A stretch of DNA of 64,000 nucleotides from an uncultured Chryseobacterium sp. (GTDB taxonomy: Bacteria; Bacteroidota; Bacteroidia; Flavobacteriales_F; PHOS-HE28), in the NCBI GenBank assembly GCA_964464935.1, contig CAYXKE010000001.1, positions 78,059 to 142,058 of the forward strand, read 5' to 3'. A program made the position numbers and the translations under genes. Positions 1 through 9,631 of the stretch are shown here, in pieces (within the stretch, counting starts at the first letter, position 1; every line of letters begins with the position of its first letter). Below the pieces are notes generated by a model. It saw only the letters and a program-made list of their open reading frames with translations, did not search any database and was not told the DNA's origin.

Positions 1-171
1 GCCCGTCCATTGCTGGCGGTAGCCCATCCGCAGGTCGATGCAGTCCTTGCTGCCTGCCACGGCGGGGTTCACGCTGAAGTGATTGAAGACGTACTGACTG
101 TATTGGGCCAGCTGCTGGGCCGAGGCGGTCAGTCCCATGCACACGGCGATCCATCCCAGGGCCAGTCTCAT
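1..171 (-). CDS. T9SS membrane protein, PorP/SprF family (5' part only; continues past the left edge)
   Basis: The minus-strand translation starts at the ATG at 171..169 and reads MRLALGWIAVCMGLTASAQQLAQYSQYVFNHFSVNPAVAGSKDCIDLRMGYRQQWTG. The QxSQY(V/M)FN...NPA(V/Y)AG stretch is the characteristic PorP/SprF N-terminus. Its start overlaps the stop of the upstream type-B CTD gene in an ATGA junction. Confidence 0.6.
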   Translation of the reverse strand, partial: MRLALGWIAVCMGLTASAQQLAQYSQYVFNHFSVNPAVAGSKDCIDLRMGYRQQWTG

Positions 172-1175
172 CGGACGATGCTGATGAAGCCCGTGTAGGG
201 AGCGGAGCGCCCTTCGAGCTGGTTCAATCGGATATCGTAGTAGTAGGTCCCGGTGGGCACCGCTTTGCCGTTGTGCGTACCGTCCCATGGCTCGCGGTAG
301 CCTACGTCGCGGAACACCCGCTGGCCCCATCGGTCGTACACGTTCACCTCGGCGCCGGGATAGTCGGTGATCCCGGGGATCAGCCACACATCGTTGATCC
401 CATCACCGTTCGGCGTGAAGGTGTTGGGCGGCTCGATCCGGCGCACCACGATCACGGTCACCCACAAGTCGTACGTGCAGTCGTTGATGGTGGTGGACAC
501 CTGGTACACGGTGGTGCCCTCCGGGCTTGCGATCGGGTCGGGGACCGTGGAGCCGCTCAGACCCGAGGTGGGCGACCAGGTATAGGTGGTGCCGCCCGAA
601 GCGGTCAGTTGCACGCTCTCGCCCAGGCCGATGACCACCGTGCCTTCGGGCTCCATCACAAAATCGACCCAGGGCACATCGGCCCCGGGGCCATCGATGG
701 CGATGTGGAAGTCGCACTGGGCATGTTGCGTATTGCCGGGGCCCATCACCCCCCCCACCATGATCCAGTACGTGGTGTGGGGCGCGAGCGGCGTGGTGGA
801 CACCACGAAGTCGTCGCTGCCGCCGTTGTCGCAGCCGTTGCTCACCACGGTGAACTGGGCCAGGTCGCACGAGCCGTCGCCGCTGAGCACCACCACCCGC
901 AACTCATCGCCCATGCCGGGGATGGTGAGACAATCCACGCCGGACACACGCACGTTCACCGGCCCACCCTGGCTGTTGGTGGTGAAGGTGTACCAGACGA
1001 TGTTCGACGTGCCACAGAAACCGTTGCCGCCCATGGAGTTGACCGTGGTCCCGGCGAGCACCTGTTGATTGCAGAGCAGGGCGGCGTCCGTGCAGCTGTC
1101 GTTGGAGGGCTGAGCGAGCACGGCCGCAGGGAACAGCAGTGCGGCGAACAGGGAATGGACAGGGCGCATGGACAT
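168..1175 (-). CDS. T9SS type B C-terminal sorting-domain (gliding motility-associated CTD) secreted protein with Ig-like repeats
   Basis: There is a signal peptide, MSMRPVHSLFAALLFPAAVLAQ. The C-terminus, FTPNGDGINDVWLIPGI...VYDRWGQRVF...WDGT..GK.VPTGTYYY, matches the CHU_C/type B T9SS sorting domain. The start was chosen at the signal-peptide Met (ATG at 1175). Confidence 0.75.
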   Translation of the reverse strand: MSMRPVHSLFAALLFPAAVLAQPSNDSCTDAALLCNQQVLAGTTVNSMGGNGFCGTSNIVWYTFTTNSQGGPVNVRVSGVDCLTIPGMGDELRVVVLSGDGSCDLAQFTVVSNGCDNGGSDDFVVSTTPLAPHTTYWIMVGGVMGPGNTQHAQCDFHIAIDGPGADVPWVDFVMEPEGTVVIGLGESVQLTASGGTTYTWSPTSGLSGSTVPDPIASPEGTTVYQVSTTINDCTYDLWVTVIVVRRIEPPNTFTPNGDGINDVWLIPGITDYPGAEVNVYDRWGQRVFRDVGYREPWDGTHNGKAVPTGTYYYDIRLNQLEGRSAPYTGFISIVR

Positions 1176-1333
1176 CGGCGAGCGCCGGGGCAAAGGCGCA
1201 CGTAGCCACACCAAAGTACCCGTGCTCTTTGCCACGCCTGGAGCGCGACGGGCCGTATTTCTGCACAGGCCGGTGTTGAGCGCCATCCGGCCGAACCAAG
1301 GTACGCCACGTCGCTCGGGCGGTCCGCTGGGAG

Positions 1334-1405
1334 TGGCCCCACCAGGACTCGAACCTGGATCTAGAGTTTAGGAAACTCCTATTCTATCCCTTGAACTATG
1401 GGGCC
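1334..1405 (-). tRNA. tRNA-Arg (anticodon CCT)
   Basis: The reverse complement folds as a cloverleaf. The acceptor stem is GGCCCCA/TGGGGCC, the D-arm GTTC..GAAT, the anticodon stem GGAGT/ACTCT with loop TTCCTAA (anticodon CCT), the T-arm CCAGG-TTCGAGT-CCTGG, and the discriminator is A. CCA is not encoded. Confidence 0.8.
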
Positions 1406-1512
1406 GGACCTGCCGTAACAGGGGCGCCAAAGGTAGCCGAAGGCCGGCTCGGGACCCGCCGCCCGCAACACGCAGGCAGGAAAACCAAGCGCCGTGCCCG
1501 AACTTCGTACCC

Positions 1513-2469
1513 TTGGCAACGACCGCGATGCAGCCCTCCAGCCCCATCTCCACCTGCGGAGTGCCCGTGCTTTTTCTCGTGTTCAATCGACCCGACACGA
1601 CCGCCCAGGTCTTCGCCGAGATCCGCAAGGCGCGCCCGCCCAAGGTCTACGTGGCATGCGACGGCCCCCGCCCCGACCGGCCCGACGAGGCAGGCGTGGT
1701 GGAAACCGTGCGCGACATCGTGCGCAACGGGGTGGACTGGCCCTGTGAGGTGCACACCCGGTGGCGCGAGCAGAACCTGGGCTGCCGCCGCGCCGTGAGC
1801 GATGCCATCACGTGGTTCTTCACCGAGGAGGAACGCGGCATCGTGCTCGAGGACGATTGCCTCCCCAGCCCCAGCTTCTTCCCCTTCTGCACCGAACTGC
1901 TCGAACGCCACAAGGACGACGAGGACATCGCCGGCATCACCGGTGACTTCCGCATGCTCCAGGGGGCCAACCCACCCGACACCTACGGCCGCGTGGGCTA
2001 TCCGCTGATCTGGGGATGGGCCAGCTGGCGCAGGGTGTGGCAGCACTACGACGTGGACATGAAGGGCTGGAAGGGCGTACCGGACGATGTGCCGCGACTG
2101 GCCGCCAAACCCCGCAACACCAAACGCTTTCTGCGCCTGGTGTTCGATGCGGTGAAGGCCGGGGAGATCAACACGTGGGACTTCCAGTTCAACTACATGT
2201 GCCAGGTGCGGCGGCAGGATTTCCTCCATCCGAACGTGAACCTGATCACCAACATCGGCTTCGACGGCAAGGGCACGCACACCCACGACCCACGCGATCC
2301 GAACGCCCAGCTGCCCCGTGGCGAGGTGACCTTCCCCCTGCGGGGCCCGGTGGAAGGCCGGGCCTATGAAGCCTGGCTGGACGAGCGGTTCTTCGCCGTG
2401 CGCAGCCTGGGCAGCAAGGCCATGAACCGCCTCTATCGCTGGTCCACCAGCCTGCTCAATCGGGCATGA
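1513..2469 (+). CDS. glycosyltransferase, GNT-I-like (HlpA-like) family
   Basis: The N-terminal [12 protein letters not shown] plus the [17 protein letters not shown] motif resemble the GnT-I family. GC3 codon bias is strong. It is the first gene of a glycosyltransferase/methyltransferase cluster. Confidence 0.5.
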   Translation: MATTAMQPSSPISTCGVPVLFLVFNRPDTTAQVFAEIRKARPPKVYVACDGPRPDRPDEAGVVETVRDIVRNGVDWPCEVHTRWREQNLGCRRAVSDAITWFFTEEERGIVLEDDCLPSPSFFPFCTELLERHKDDEDIAGITGDFRMLQGANPPDTYGRVGYPLIWGWASWRRVWQHYDVDMKGWKGVPDDVPRLAAKPRNTKRFLRLVFDAVKAGEINTWDFQFNYMCQVRRQDFLHPNVNLITNIGFDGKGTHTHDPRDPNAQLPRGEVTFPLRGPVEGRAYEAWLDERFFAVRSLGSKAMNRLYRWSTSLLNRA

Positions 2470-3716
2470 AGGTGCTCTTGGTCAATGCCACGGACGTCAC
2501 CGGTGGAGCAGCCCGGGCGGCCCAGCGCCTCATGCACGCGCTGCCCCATGCCGGTGTGGAGGCACGCATGCTCGTGCAGGCACGCAAAGGCCCGGACACC
2601 CCCTTGGTGACCGCCCCCACCGGCCCGATCCAGCGCGCCATCGCCCGCGTGAAGCCGCGCCTGGACCTGATGCCCGCACGCCGCTATCCCCGCGGCCGCC
2701 ACACCCTCTTCAGTGCAGCCCAACTGGGCCACGGCGGCGCCCTGCGCACCATCGTCCAAAGCGATGCCGACGTGGTGCACCTGCACTGGGTCAATGGCGG
2801 CATGCTCAGCGTGGAGGAGATCGCCCGGATCGACAAGCCCGTGGTGTGGTCGCTGCACGACATGTGGGCCCTCACCGGCGGATGTCACTACGACGAGGAG
2901 TGCGGCCGCTGGCGCGTGCAATGCGGCCGCTGCCCCGTGCTGGGATCGACGCAGGAACACGACCTGAGCCACCGCGTGTTCACGCGCAAGCACACACACT
3001 TCCCGCGCATGCGCAACCTCACCATCGTGGGGCTGAGCAAGTGGATGGCCGACAGTGCGGCGGCCAGCCCCCTCTTTGCCGGGGCGCGCGTGGTGAACCT
3101 GCCCAACCCCATCGACACCTCCGTGTTCGCCCCGCAGGACAAACGTGCGGCGCGCGACCGCTTCGGCCTGCCCCACGACCGACCCGTTGTGCTCTTCGGT
3201 GCGATGAACGCCACCGGCGACCCGCGCAAGGGCTTCGCCGAGCTGAGCGCCGCGCTGCGCGCACTGCCCGCCAACAGCCTGCACCTGGCCGTGTTCGGCG
3301 CGTCCGCCCCCGCCGACCCGCCCGACCTGGGCCACCCCGCCACCTATCTGGGCGACCTGCGCACCGATGCCGACCTCTGCGCCGTGTACAACGCCGCCGA
3401 CGTGACCGTGCTGCCCTCGCTGCAGGAGAACCTCAGCAACACCGTGATGGAAAGCCTGGCCTGCGGCACGCCCGCCGTGGCCTTCGCCATCGGTGGCAAT
3501 GGCGACATGATCATGGATGGTGTGAACGGCGCCCTGGCAACGCCATTCGACCCGGCGGCGCTGGCCCAGCGGATCCGGTGGGTGGTGGAGCACCCCGAGC
3601 CCGCCCGCCTGGCCGAGGCCGCCCGCACCACCACCGTGCAACGCTTCGCCATGGAGGTGGTGGCCGCACGCTACGCCGCGCTGTACCGTGAAGTGCTTGA
3701 GGCCGTGCACGCCTGA
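2466..3716 (+). CDS. glycosyltransferase family 4 (GT1/GT4 fold, group 1 glycosyltransferase)
   Basis: A C-terminal E-x7-E-like region, SLACGTPAVAFAIGGNGDMIMDGVNG, is typical of GT4. The start overlaps the upstream stop in an ATGA junction. Confidence 0.75.
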   Translation: MKVLLVNATDVTGGAARAAQRLMHALPHAGVEARMLVQARKGPDTPLVTAPTGPIQRAIARVKPRLDLMPARRYPRGRHTLFSAAQLGHGGALRTIVQSDADVVHLHWVNGGMLSVEEIARIDKPVVWSLHDMWALTGGCHYDEECGRWRVQCGRCPVLGSTQEHDLSHRVFTRKHTHFPRMRNLTIVGLSKWMADSAAASPLFAGARVVNLPNPIDTSVFAPQDKRAARDRFGLPHDRPVVLFGAMNATGDPRKGFAELSAALRALPANSLHLAVFGASAPADPPDLGHPATYLGDLRTDADLCAVYNAADVTVLPSLQENLSNTVMESLACGTPAVAFAIGGNGDMIMDGVNGALATPFDPAALAQRIRWVVEHPEPARLAEAARTTTVQRFAMEVVAARYAALYREVLEAVHA

Positions 3717-3738
3717 ACGCAGGTTAGCTTTGGCGCGG

Positions 3739-4299
3739 ATGACCGCGTCGCTTGACACCACGAACTGGCACGAGCCCGACCGCCGCTACCGGAAGACCCT
3801 GGACTTCCTGGAACGCAGCATCTCCAAGGACGAACGCATCCTGGACCTGGGTGTTCCCAATCCCTTCTCCGCCCGGCTGGCGCAGCTCGGGTACACGGTG
3901 GCCAACACCCAGGGTGAGGACCTGGACCATGCCTTCGACCTGCAGCAGCGGTACGACTTCACGTGCATCACCTCCTTCGAGGTGTTCGAGCACCTGCTGG
4001 CGCCCTACAACCTGCTCCGCACCGTGCAGCCCCCGCCCGGTGGGCGCATCACCCTGGTGGCCTCCGTGCCGCTCAAGGTGTGGTTCGCCAAGGCCTATTG
4101 GAACGAGAAGGACCCTTGGGACCGGCACTACCACGAGTTCGAGCCGCGGCAGTTCGACTGGCTGTTGGAGGCCAGCGGATGGACGATCATAAAGCAGGAG
4201 GCGTGGACCTCGCCCGCCCGGCTGCGCTTCGGCATCCGCCCGCTACTGCGGTTCCTCTTCCCGGGCTATTACTTCGTGCACGCCGAAAAGCGGGGCTGA
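3739..4299 (+). CDS. class I SAM-dependent methyltransferase
   Basis: ILDLGVPNPFSARLAQLGY is a glycine-rich SAM motif variant, and DFTCITSFEVFEHL is methyltransferase motif II. An alternative in-frame start at 3688 is possible. Confidence 0.55.
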   Translation: MTASLDTTNWHEPDRRYRKTLDFLERSISKDERILDLGVPNPFSARLAQLGYTVANTQGEDLDHAFDLQQRYDFTCITSFEVFEHLLAPYNLLRTVQPPPGGRITLVASVPLKVWFAKAYWNEKDPWDRHYHEFEPRQFDWLLEASGWTIIKQEAWTSPARLRFGIRPLLRFLFPGYYFVHAEKRG

Positions 4300-4312
4300 C
4301 CCCCCACCTCTC

Positions 4313-5182
<870 letters not shown>

Positions 5183-5215
5183 GGGGCCTGCCCCCCCACT
5201 CCGCGGGGTGATGCA

Positions 5216-7303
5216 TCAACGCACCTCCCCGCCGGGCGGCACCACATCCTTGGGCTGCACGAAAACCAGTCTGCCGTTGGCGTCCTCGGCCATCAACACC
5301 ATGCCCTGGCTCTCCACGCCGCGCATCTTGCGGGGCGCCAGGTTGGCCACCAGCACCACCTGTTGGCCGGGCAGGTCTTCGGGCGCATGGTGTTCCGCGA
5401 TGCCGCTCACCACGGTGCGGGGTTCCGCCTCGCCCAGATCGATGGTGAGCTTCAGCAGCTTGTCGGCCTTCGGCACGCGCTCGGCAGCGGTGATGGTGCC
5501 GATGCGCAGATCGATCTTGGCAAAGTCGTCGAAGGCGATCGTGGGCTTGGCCGGTGCGGCCGTGGGCGCGGGAGCGTTCTCCATGGGTGCGGGAGCCGGA
5601 CGCATGGCGTGCAGGCGCTCCACTTCGGCCTGCACCTCCGCGTCGGTGATGGGTTTGAAGAGGTGGGTGGGCTTGCCCAGCATGGCGCCGGAACGCACCA
5701 GGTCCACGCGGAAGGCATCGTTCCACATGCAGGCATCGATGCCCATCAGCTCGCGCAACCGGCCCGCCGTGAACGGCAGGAAGGGTTCGAGCACGATGCT
5801 GAGCACGGCGGCCACGTTGGCACTGTGCAACAGCACGGTCCGGGTGCGCTCGGGATCGGTCTTGTGCAGCTTCCACGGCTCATGGTCGCTCAGGTACTTG
5901 TTGCCGGCACGGGCCACGTTCATGGCCGCCAGCAGCGCATCGCGGTAGCGGAAGGCATCGATCCGCTCGGACACCTCGCGCACGTTGGCGTGCACCTCGG
6001 CCCACAGCGCGGCATCCGCGGGTGCCTCGGTACCGGCCTCGGGCGCCTTGCCGCCATGGTACTTGTCGCACAGCACCAGCACGCGCTGTACGAAGTTGCC
6101 GACGATGGCCACCAGCTCGTTGTTGTTCTTCTCCTGGAAGTCCTTCCAGGTGAACTCGCTGTCGCGGAACTCGGGCAGGATGGTGGCGAGCGCATAGCGC
6201 AGTTCGTCCTGTCGGCCGGGCCACCGCTCCAGGTACTCATGCAGCCACACCGCCCAGTTGCGGCTGGTGCTGATCTTGTCGCCCTCCAGGTTGAGGAACT
6301 CATTGGCCGGCACGTTCTGCGGCAGCACGAAGCTCCCATGCATCTTCAGCAGGATGGGGAAGATGATGCAGTGGAAGACGATGTTGTCCTTGCCGATGAA
6401 GTGCAGCAGGCGCGTGTCCTCGCTCTTCCACCACTTCTCCCAATCCTCGCCACGGTCCAGTGCCCATTGCTTGGTGGCGCTGATGTAGCCGATGGGTGCA
6501 TCGAGCCACACATAAAGCACCTTCCCCTCCGCACCGGGCAGCGGCACGGGCACGCCCCAGTCGAGGTCGCGCGTCATGGCACGTGGACGCAGGCCGTCCT
6601 TGAGCCAGCTGTTGCATTGGCCCAGCACCTGGGGTTTCCACTCGGACGGATCGTGCTGCTGCGCACCATCGAGCGCGCCGGTGTTGATCCACTGGTCCAC
6701 CCACTGCTGGGCGCGGTCCATGGCCAGGTACCAGTGCGTGGTGGGCTTGAGCACGGGCGTGGCGCCGCTGAGCGTGCTGCGCGGCTCGATGAGATCGTGC
6801 GGGCTCAGGGCGGAGCCACACTTCTCGCACTGGTCGCCATAGGCGTCGGCGTGGCCGCATTTGGGGCAGGTGCCTTTGATGTAGCGATCGGCGAGGAACT
6901 GCCTGGCCTCCTCATCGTAGTACTGCATCTCCTCCTGCTCGGTGAACGCGCCGTTGCGGTGCAGTTGCAGGAAGAAGTCCTGGCTGGTCTTCTTGTGCAG
7001 CTCGGAACTTGTGCGGTGGTAAATGTCGAAGTGGATGCCGAAGTCCGCGAAGGCCTTGCCCATCAGTGCGTGGTACTTGTCCACGATGGCCCGGGGGGTG
7101 GTGCCCTCCTTCATGGCCCGGATGGTGATCGCGGCGCCATGCTCATCGCTGCCGCACACGAAGAGCACCTCCTCGCCGCGCTGGCGCAGATGGCGCACAT
7201 GGATGTCGGCCGGCAGGTATGCGCCGGCGATATGGCCGATGTGCAGTGGACCGTTCGCGTAGGGTAGCGCGGCGGTGATGGTATGGCGGGCAGGCTTTTT
7301 CAC
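5216..7303 (-). CDS. metG: methionine--tRNA ligase with C-terminal tRNA-binding (EMAP/Trbp111-like) domain
   Basis: The HIGH motif appears in PYANGPLHIGH and KMSKS as KISTSRN. A zinc knuckle, CPKCG...CEKCG, is present, and the C-terminal DLRIG...VESQGMVL is the tRNA-binding domain. The start was set at the GTG at 7303 (VKKPARH) because the in-frame sequence upstream of it looks non-coding. Confidence 0.85.
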   Translation of the reverse strand: MKKPARHTITAALPYANGPLHIGHIAGAYLPADIHVRHLRQRGEEVLFVCGSDEHGAAITIRAMKEGTTPRAIVDKYHALMGKAFADFGIHFDIYHRTSSELHKKTSQDFFLQLHRNGAFTEQEEMQYYDEEARQFLADRYIKGTCPKCGHADAYGDQCEKCGSALSPHDLIEPRSTLSGATPVLKPTTHWYLAMDRAQQWVDQWINTGALDGAQQHDPSEWKPQVLGQCNSWLKDGLRPRAMTRDLDWGVPVPLPGAEGKVLYVWLDAPIGYISATKQWALDRGEDWEKWWKSEDTRLLHFIGKDNIVFHCIIFPILLKMHGSFVLPQNVPANEFLNLEGDKISTSRNWAVWLHEYLERWPGRQDELRYALATILPEFRDSEFTWKDFQEKNNNELVAIVGNFVQRVLVLCDKYHGGKAPEAGTEAPADAALWAEVHANVREVSERIDAFRYRDALLAAMNVARAGNKYLSDHEPWKLHKTDPERTRTVLLHSANVAAVLSIVLEPFLPFTAGRLRELMGIDACMWNDAFRVDLVRSGAMLGKPTHLFKPITDAEVQAEVERLHAMRPAPAPMENAPAPTAAPAKPTIAFDDFAKIDLRIGTITAAERVPKADKLLKLTIDLGEAEPRTVVSGIAEHHAPEDLPGQQVVLVANLAPRKMRGVESQGMVLMAEDANGRLVFVQPKDVVPPGGEVR

Positions 7304-7435
7304 GGCAACCAATTCGGACCGCGAAGGTACCGAAGCCGTACCATGATGGATACCGTGGCACGTCGTGTGCAAGGCGGCGCTGTAACTATGACGGCGCTTG
7401 TCCGTCCCCCGTCCAACCCATAACCATTGCGCCCC

Positions 7436-8031
7436 ATGACCCTGCGCTCCATCGCCCTCATCCTCCTTGCCCTCGGGGCCGGCTCCGCTCATCAAGCCTG
7501 CGCCCAGGCATTCACCGAAGGCTCCCACAGCTTCTCCGTGGGCCATGGCTTCGGCACGTTCCTCGGGGGCTCAGCTCGAACTTCGACCAGTTCGGCGACG
7601 TGAAGTACACGGGCACGGGCCCTTTGTATGTGAAGTACGAGCACGCCGTCAACGACCACATCGGCCTTGGTGTGAACGTGGCCTACGCCGCCAACAAATG
7701 GGCGTACAACTACGAGAATGACGGCGCCCGGTACACCGAGACCACCGAGCGCACCACCTACAGCATACTGGCGCGCTTCAACTACCACTTCGGCAACAGC
7801 GACAAGTTCGACCCCTACCTGGGGCTGGGCATGGGCTACCGCGATGCGAACTGGGATATCCGCAGTGATTCACCTTATGGCAACAGTGGTGTCACCTTCA
7901 AGTCGTTGATACCCTTCGGCTTCGAGTTGACCGTGGGCGCACGCTACTTCTTCCTTGAGAACCTGGGCGTGTATGCCGAAATGGGCGGTGCCAAGAGCGT
8001 GTTCCAGGGCGGGCTGGCAGCGCGGTTCTGA
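7436..8031 (+). pseudogene. outer-membrane beta-barrel protein (OmpW/OMP_b-brl-like) interrupted by a -1 frameshift in a G5 run
   Basis: The signal peptide and first strands (MTLRSIALILLALGAGSAHQA...FLGG) are in one frame. The rest (SSNFDQFGDVKYTG...aromatic C-terminal ..ARF) is in another. The junction is at GGGGG 7565..7569, and both parts show GC3 coding bias. Confidence 0.5.
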
Positions 8032-8142
8032 GGGACATCGACACCTGAGCAAGCGTACCGGTGCGCACTGTAGCGCAATACGGTGATCAACGGATGTGAG
8101 CATCCTGGTGAGTGCTGGATCTTGGTGGCGATCATTTCGACC

Positions 8143-9621
8143 ATGAAACACGCTCTACTCCTGGCAGGCGCCCTGGCTCTGCCCTTCGCCCCCCACGCCC
8201 AAACCCCCAACACCCAGCGCGACGGCACTTTTGTACTGGACCTTTCCGGTGCGGGTGCGTTGAGCTTCAGCCCGAACGAATTCCCGCTGACCAGGGTGCT
8301 TCCCTTGTCCGATGGCAAGGTGTTGTTCTTTGGATCGTTGCATGACCCGCTCCACACCACCATGAGCGGTGTGGTACGCCTGAACGCCGATGGATCATGG
8401 GACAACACCTTCGACGGCCCCGACTTCGACCAGGACTACTACCTGCGGATCCGTGCGGCCGTGGAGCTGCCCGATGGCAAGTACCTGGTGGGCGGCCAGT
8501 TCCAGGACTTCTCCGCAGGCGTGAACCAACGCGGGATCATCCGCCTGAACAGCGATGGCAGCCAGGACATGAGCTTCGATGCCGGCTTCGAGTTCAACCC
8601 TACGATCAACGCCATCGCGGCGCAGCCGGATGGGAAGATCCTGATCGCCGGGGGCTACAGTTCCTTGAGCCATGGCACCGGGATCACCCGTTTGTTGCCC
8701 GATGGTGAAGTGGATGCCACCTTCGATGCGGGTCAGGCGCCCACCACGATCCGCGACATCAAGATGCTGCCCAACGGCCAGATCCTGGTGGCAGGGCGCT
8801 TCAGCAGTTGGTCCGGCGGTCTTGCCGTGCTTAACCCCGATGGTACAAGGGACGGGTCGTTCGTCCATTCCGGCTACATCCACAGCTCCAACATTTTCGA
8901 CGACATATACCCCCGCACGGCCATCCAGCCCGATGGCAAGATCGTGGTGGCCGGGCTGCAGACCTCCAGCATCGTGAAGATCACACGTTACAATGCCGAC
9001 TTCACGCCCGACGAGACCTTCCACGTGGCCAACAACGGCCAGATCAACGGGGTGTACCCCACCGGTGTGGCCATCCAGAACGACGGCAAGATCATCGTGA
9101 CGGGTTACTTCCTCAATGCCTATGATGGTGACAGCAGTGTTTCCGGCGTGATGCGCCTGAACGCCGACGGAACCCTGGACGAGACCTTCGACACGGCGGC
9201 GGGCTTTGGCAACAGCACCTTGGTCTACCACTGCGCCCTGCAGGCCGATGGCAAGATCCTGGTGGTGACGGAGAACTCCTCCTACCAGGGCGAAGGCCTA
9301 CGCCTGAGCGATGGTTGGCCGACCAACCAGGTGGTCATCCGCTTGAACGGCGATGCATCCGGCGTTTCCGTGGACGAACATGCCGCACCCTTTGCCTTCG
9401 AGCTGTTCCCCAATCCGGCCGCGGATGTGATCTTCCTGCGCAATGTGCCAACAGGCGCCGTGGTGCGCATGGTGGACCTGACGGGCAGGGTGCTGTTGGA
9501 GCAGCGCGCAACGACCGACCGAACGGAACTGCCTGTTGCCTCACAGGCACCGGGGGTTTACCTGTTGAGCGTACTGCACGAAGGGCATGCGGTCACCCAT
9601 AGGGTGGTGTTGGAACGGTAA
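8143..9621 (+). CDS. delta-60 repeat beta-propeller protein with T9SS type A C-terminal sorting domain
   Basis: There is a signal peptide, MKHALLLAGALALPFAPHAQ. The DGK(I/Y)(L/V)V(A/G)G(x)F repeats match delta-60 repeats. The C-terminal FELFPNPA..VYLLSV...THRVVLER is a Por_Secre_tail domain. Confidence 0.75.
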   Translation: MKHALLLAGALALPFAPHAQTPNTQRDGTFVLDLSGAGALSFSPNEFPLTRVLPLSDGKVLFFGSLHDPLHTTMSGVVRLNADGSWDNTFDGPDFDQDYYLRIRAAVELPDGKYLVGGQFQDFSAGVNQRGIIRLNSDGSQDMSFDAGFEFNPTINAIAAQPDGKILIAGGYSSLSHGTGITRLLPDGEVDATFDAGQAPTTIRDIKMLPNGQILVAGRFSSWSGGLAVLNPDGTRDGSFVHSGYIHSSNIFDDIYPRTAIQPDGKIVVAGLQTSSIVKITRYNADFTPDETFHVANNGQINGVYPTGVAIQNDGKIIVTGYFLNAYDGDSSVSGVMRLNADGTLDETFDTAAGFGNSTLVYHCALQADGKILVVTENSSYQGEGLRLSDGWPTNQVVIRLNGDASGVSVDEHAAPFAFELFPNPAADVIFLRNVPTGAVVRMVDLTGRVLLEQRATTDRTELPVASQAPGVYLLSVLHEGHAVTHRVVLER

Positions 9622-9631
9622 CGTTCAGGTG

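Noticed and set aside
1176-1512. Possible genomic-island boundary at tRNA-Arg
   Set aside because: There is no integrase, direct repeat of the tRNA 3' end, or compositional shift nearby. The flanking genes look like ordinary chromosomal content.
2433-3761. 442-aa minus-strand ORF over the GT4 gene
   Set aside because: It is antisense to a glycosyltransferase with a conserved C-terminal motif. The translation is rich in G, A, H and V.
5363-7267. 634-aa plus-strand ORF inside metG
   Set aside because: It is antisense to methionyl-tRNA synthetase, which has clear HIGH/KMSKS motifs, and its translation is low-complexity.
8055-8075. GTGCGCAC perfect 8-bp palindrome upstream of the delta-60 protein gene
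   Set aside because: Short GC palindromes are expected by chance in 70%-GC sequence. There is no second copy or flanking structure.
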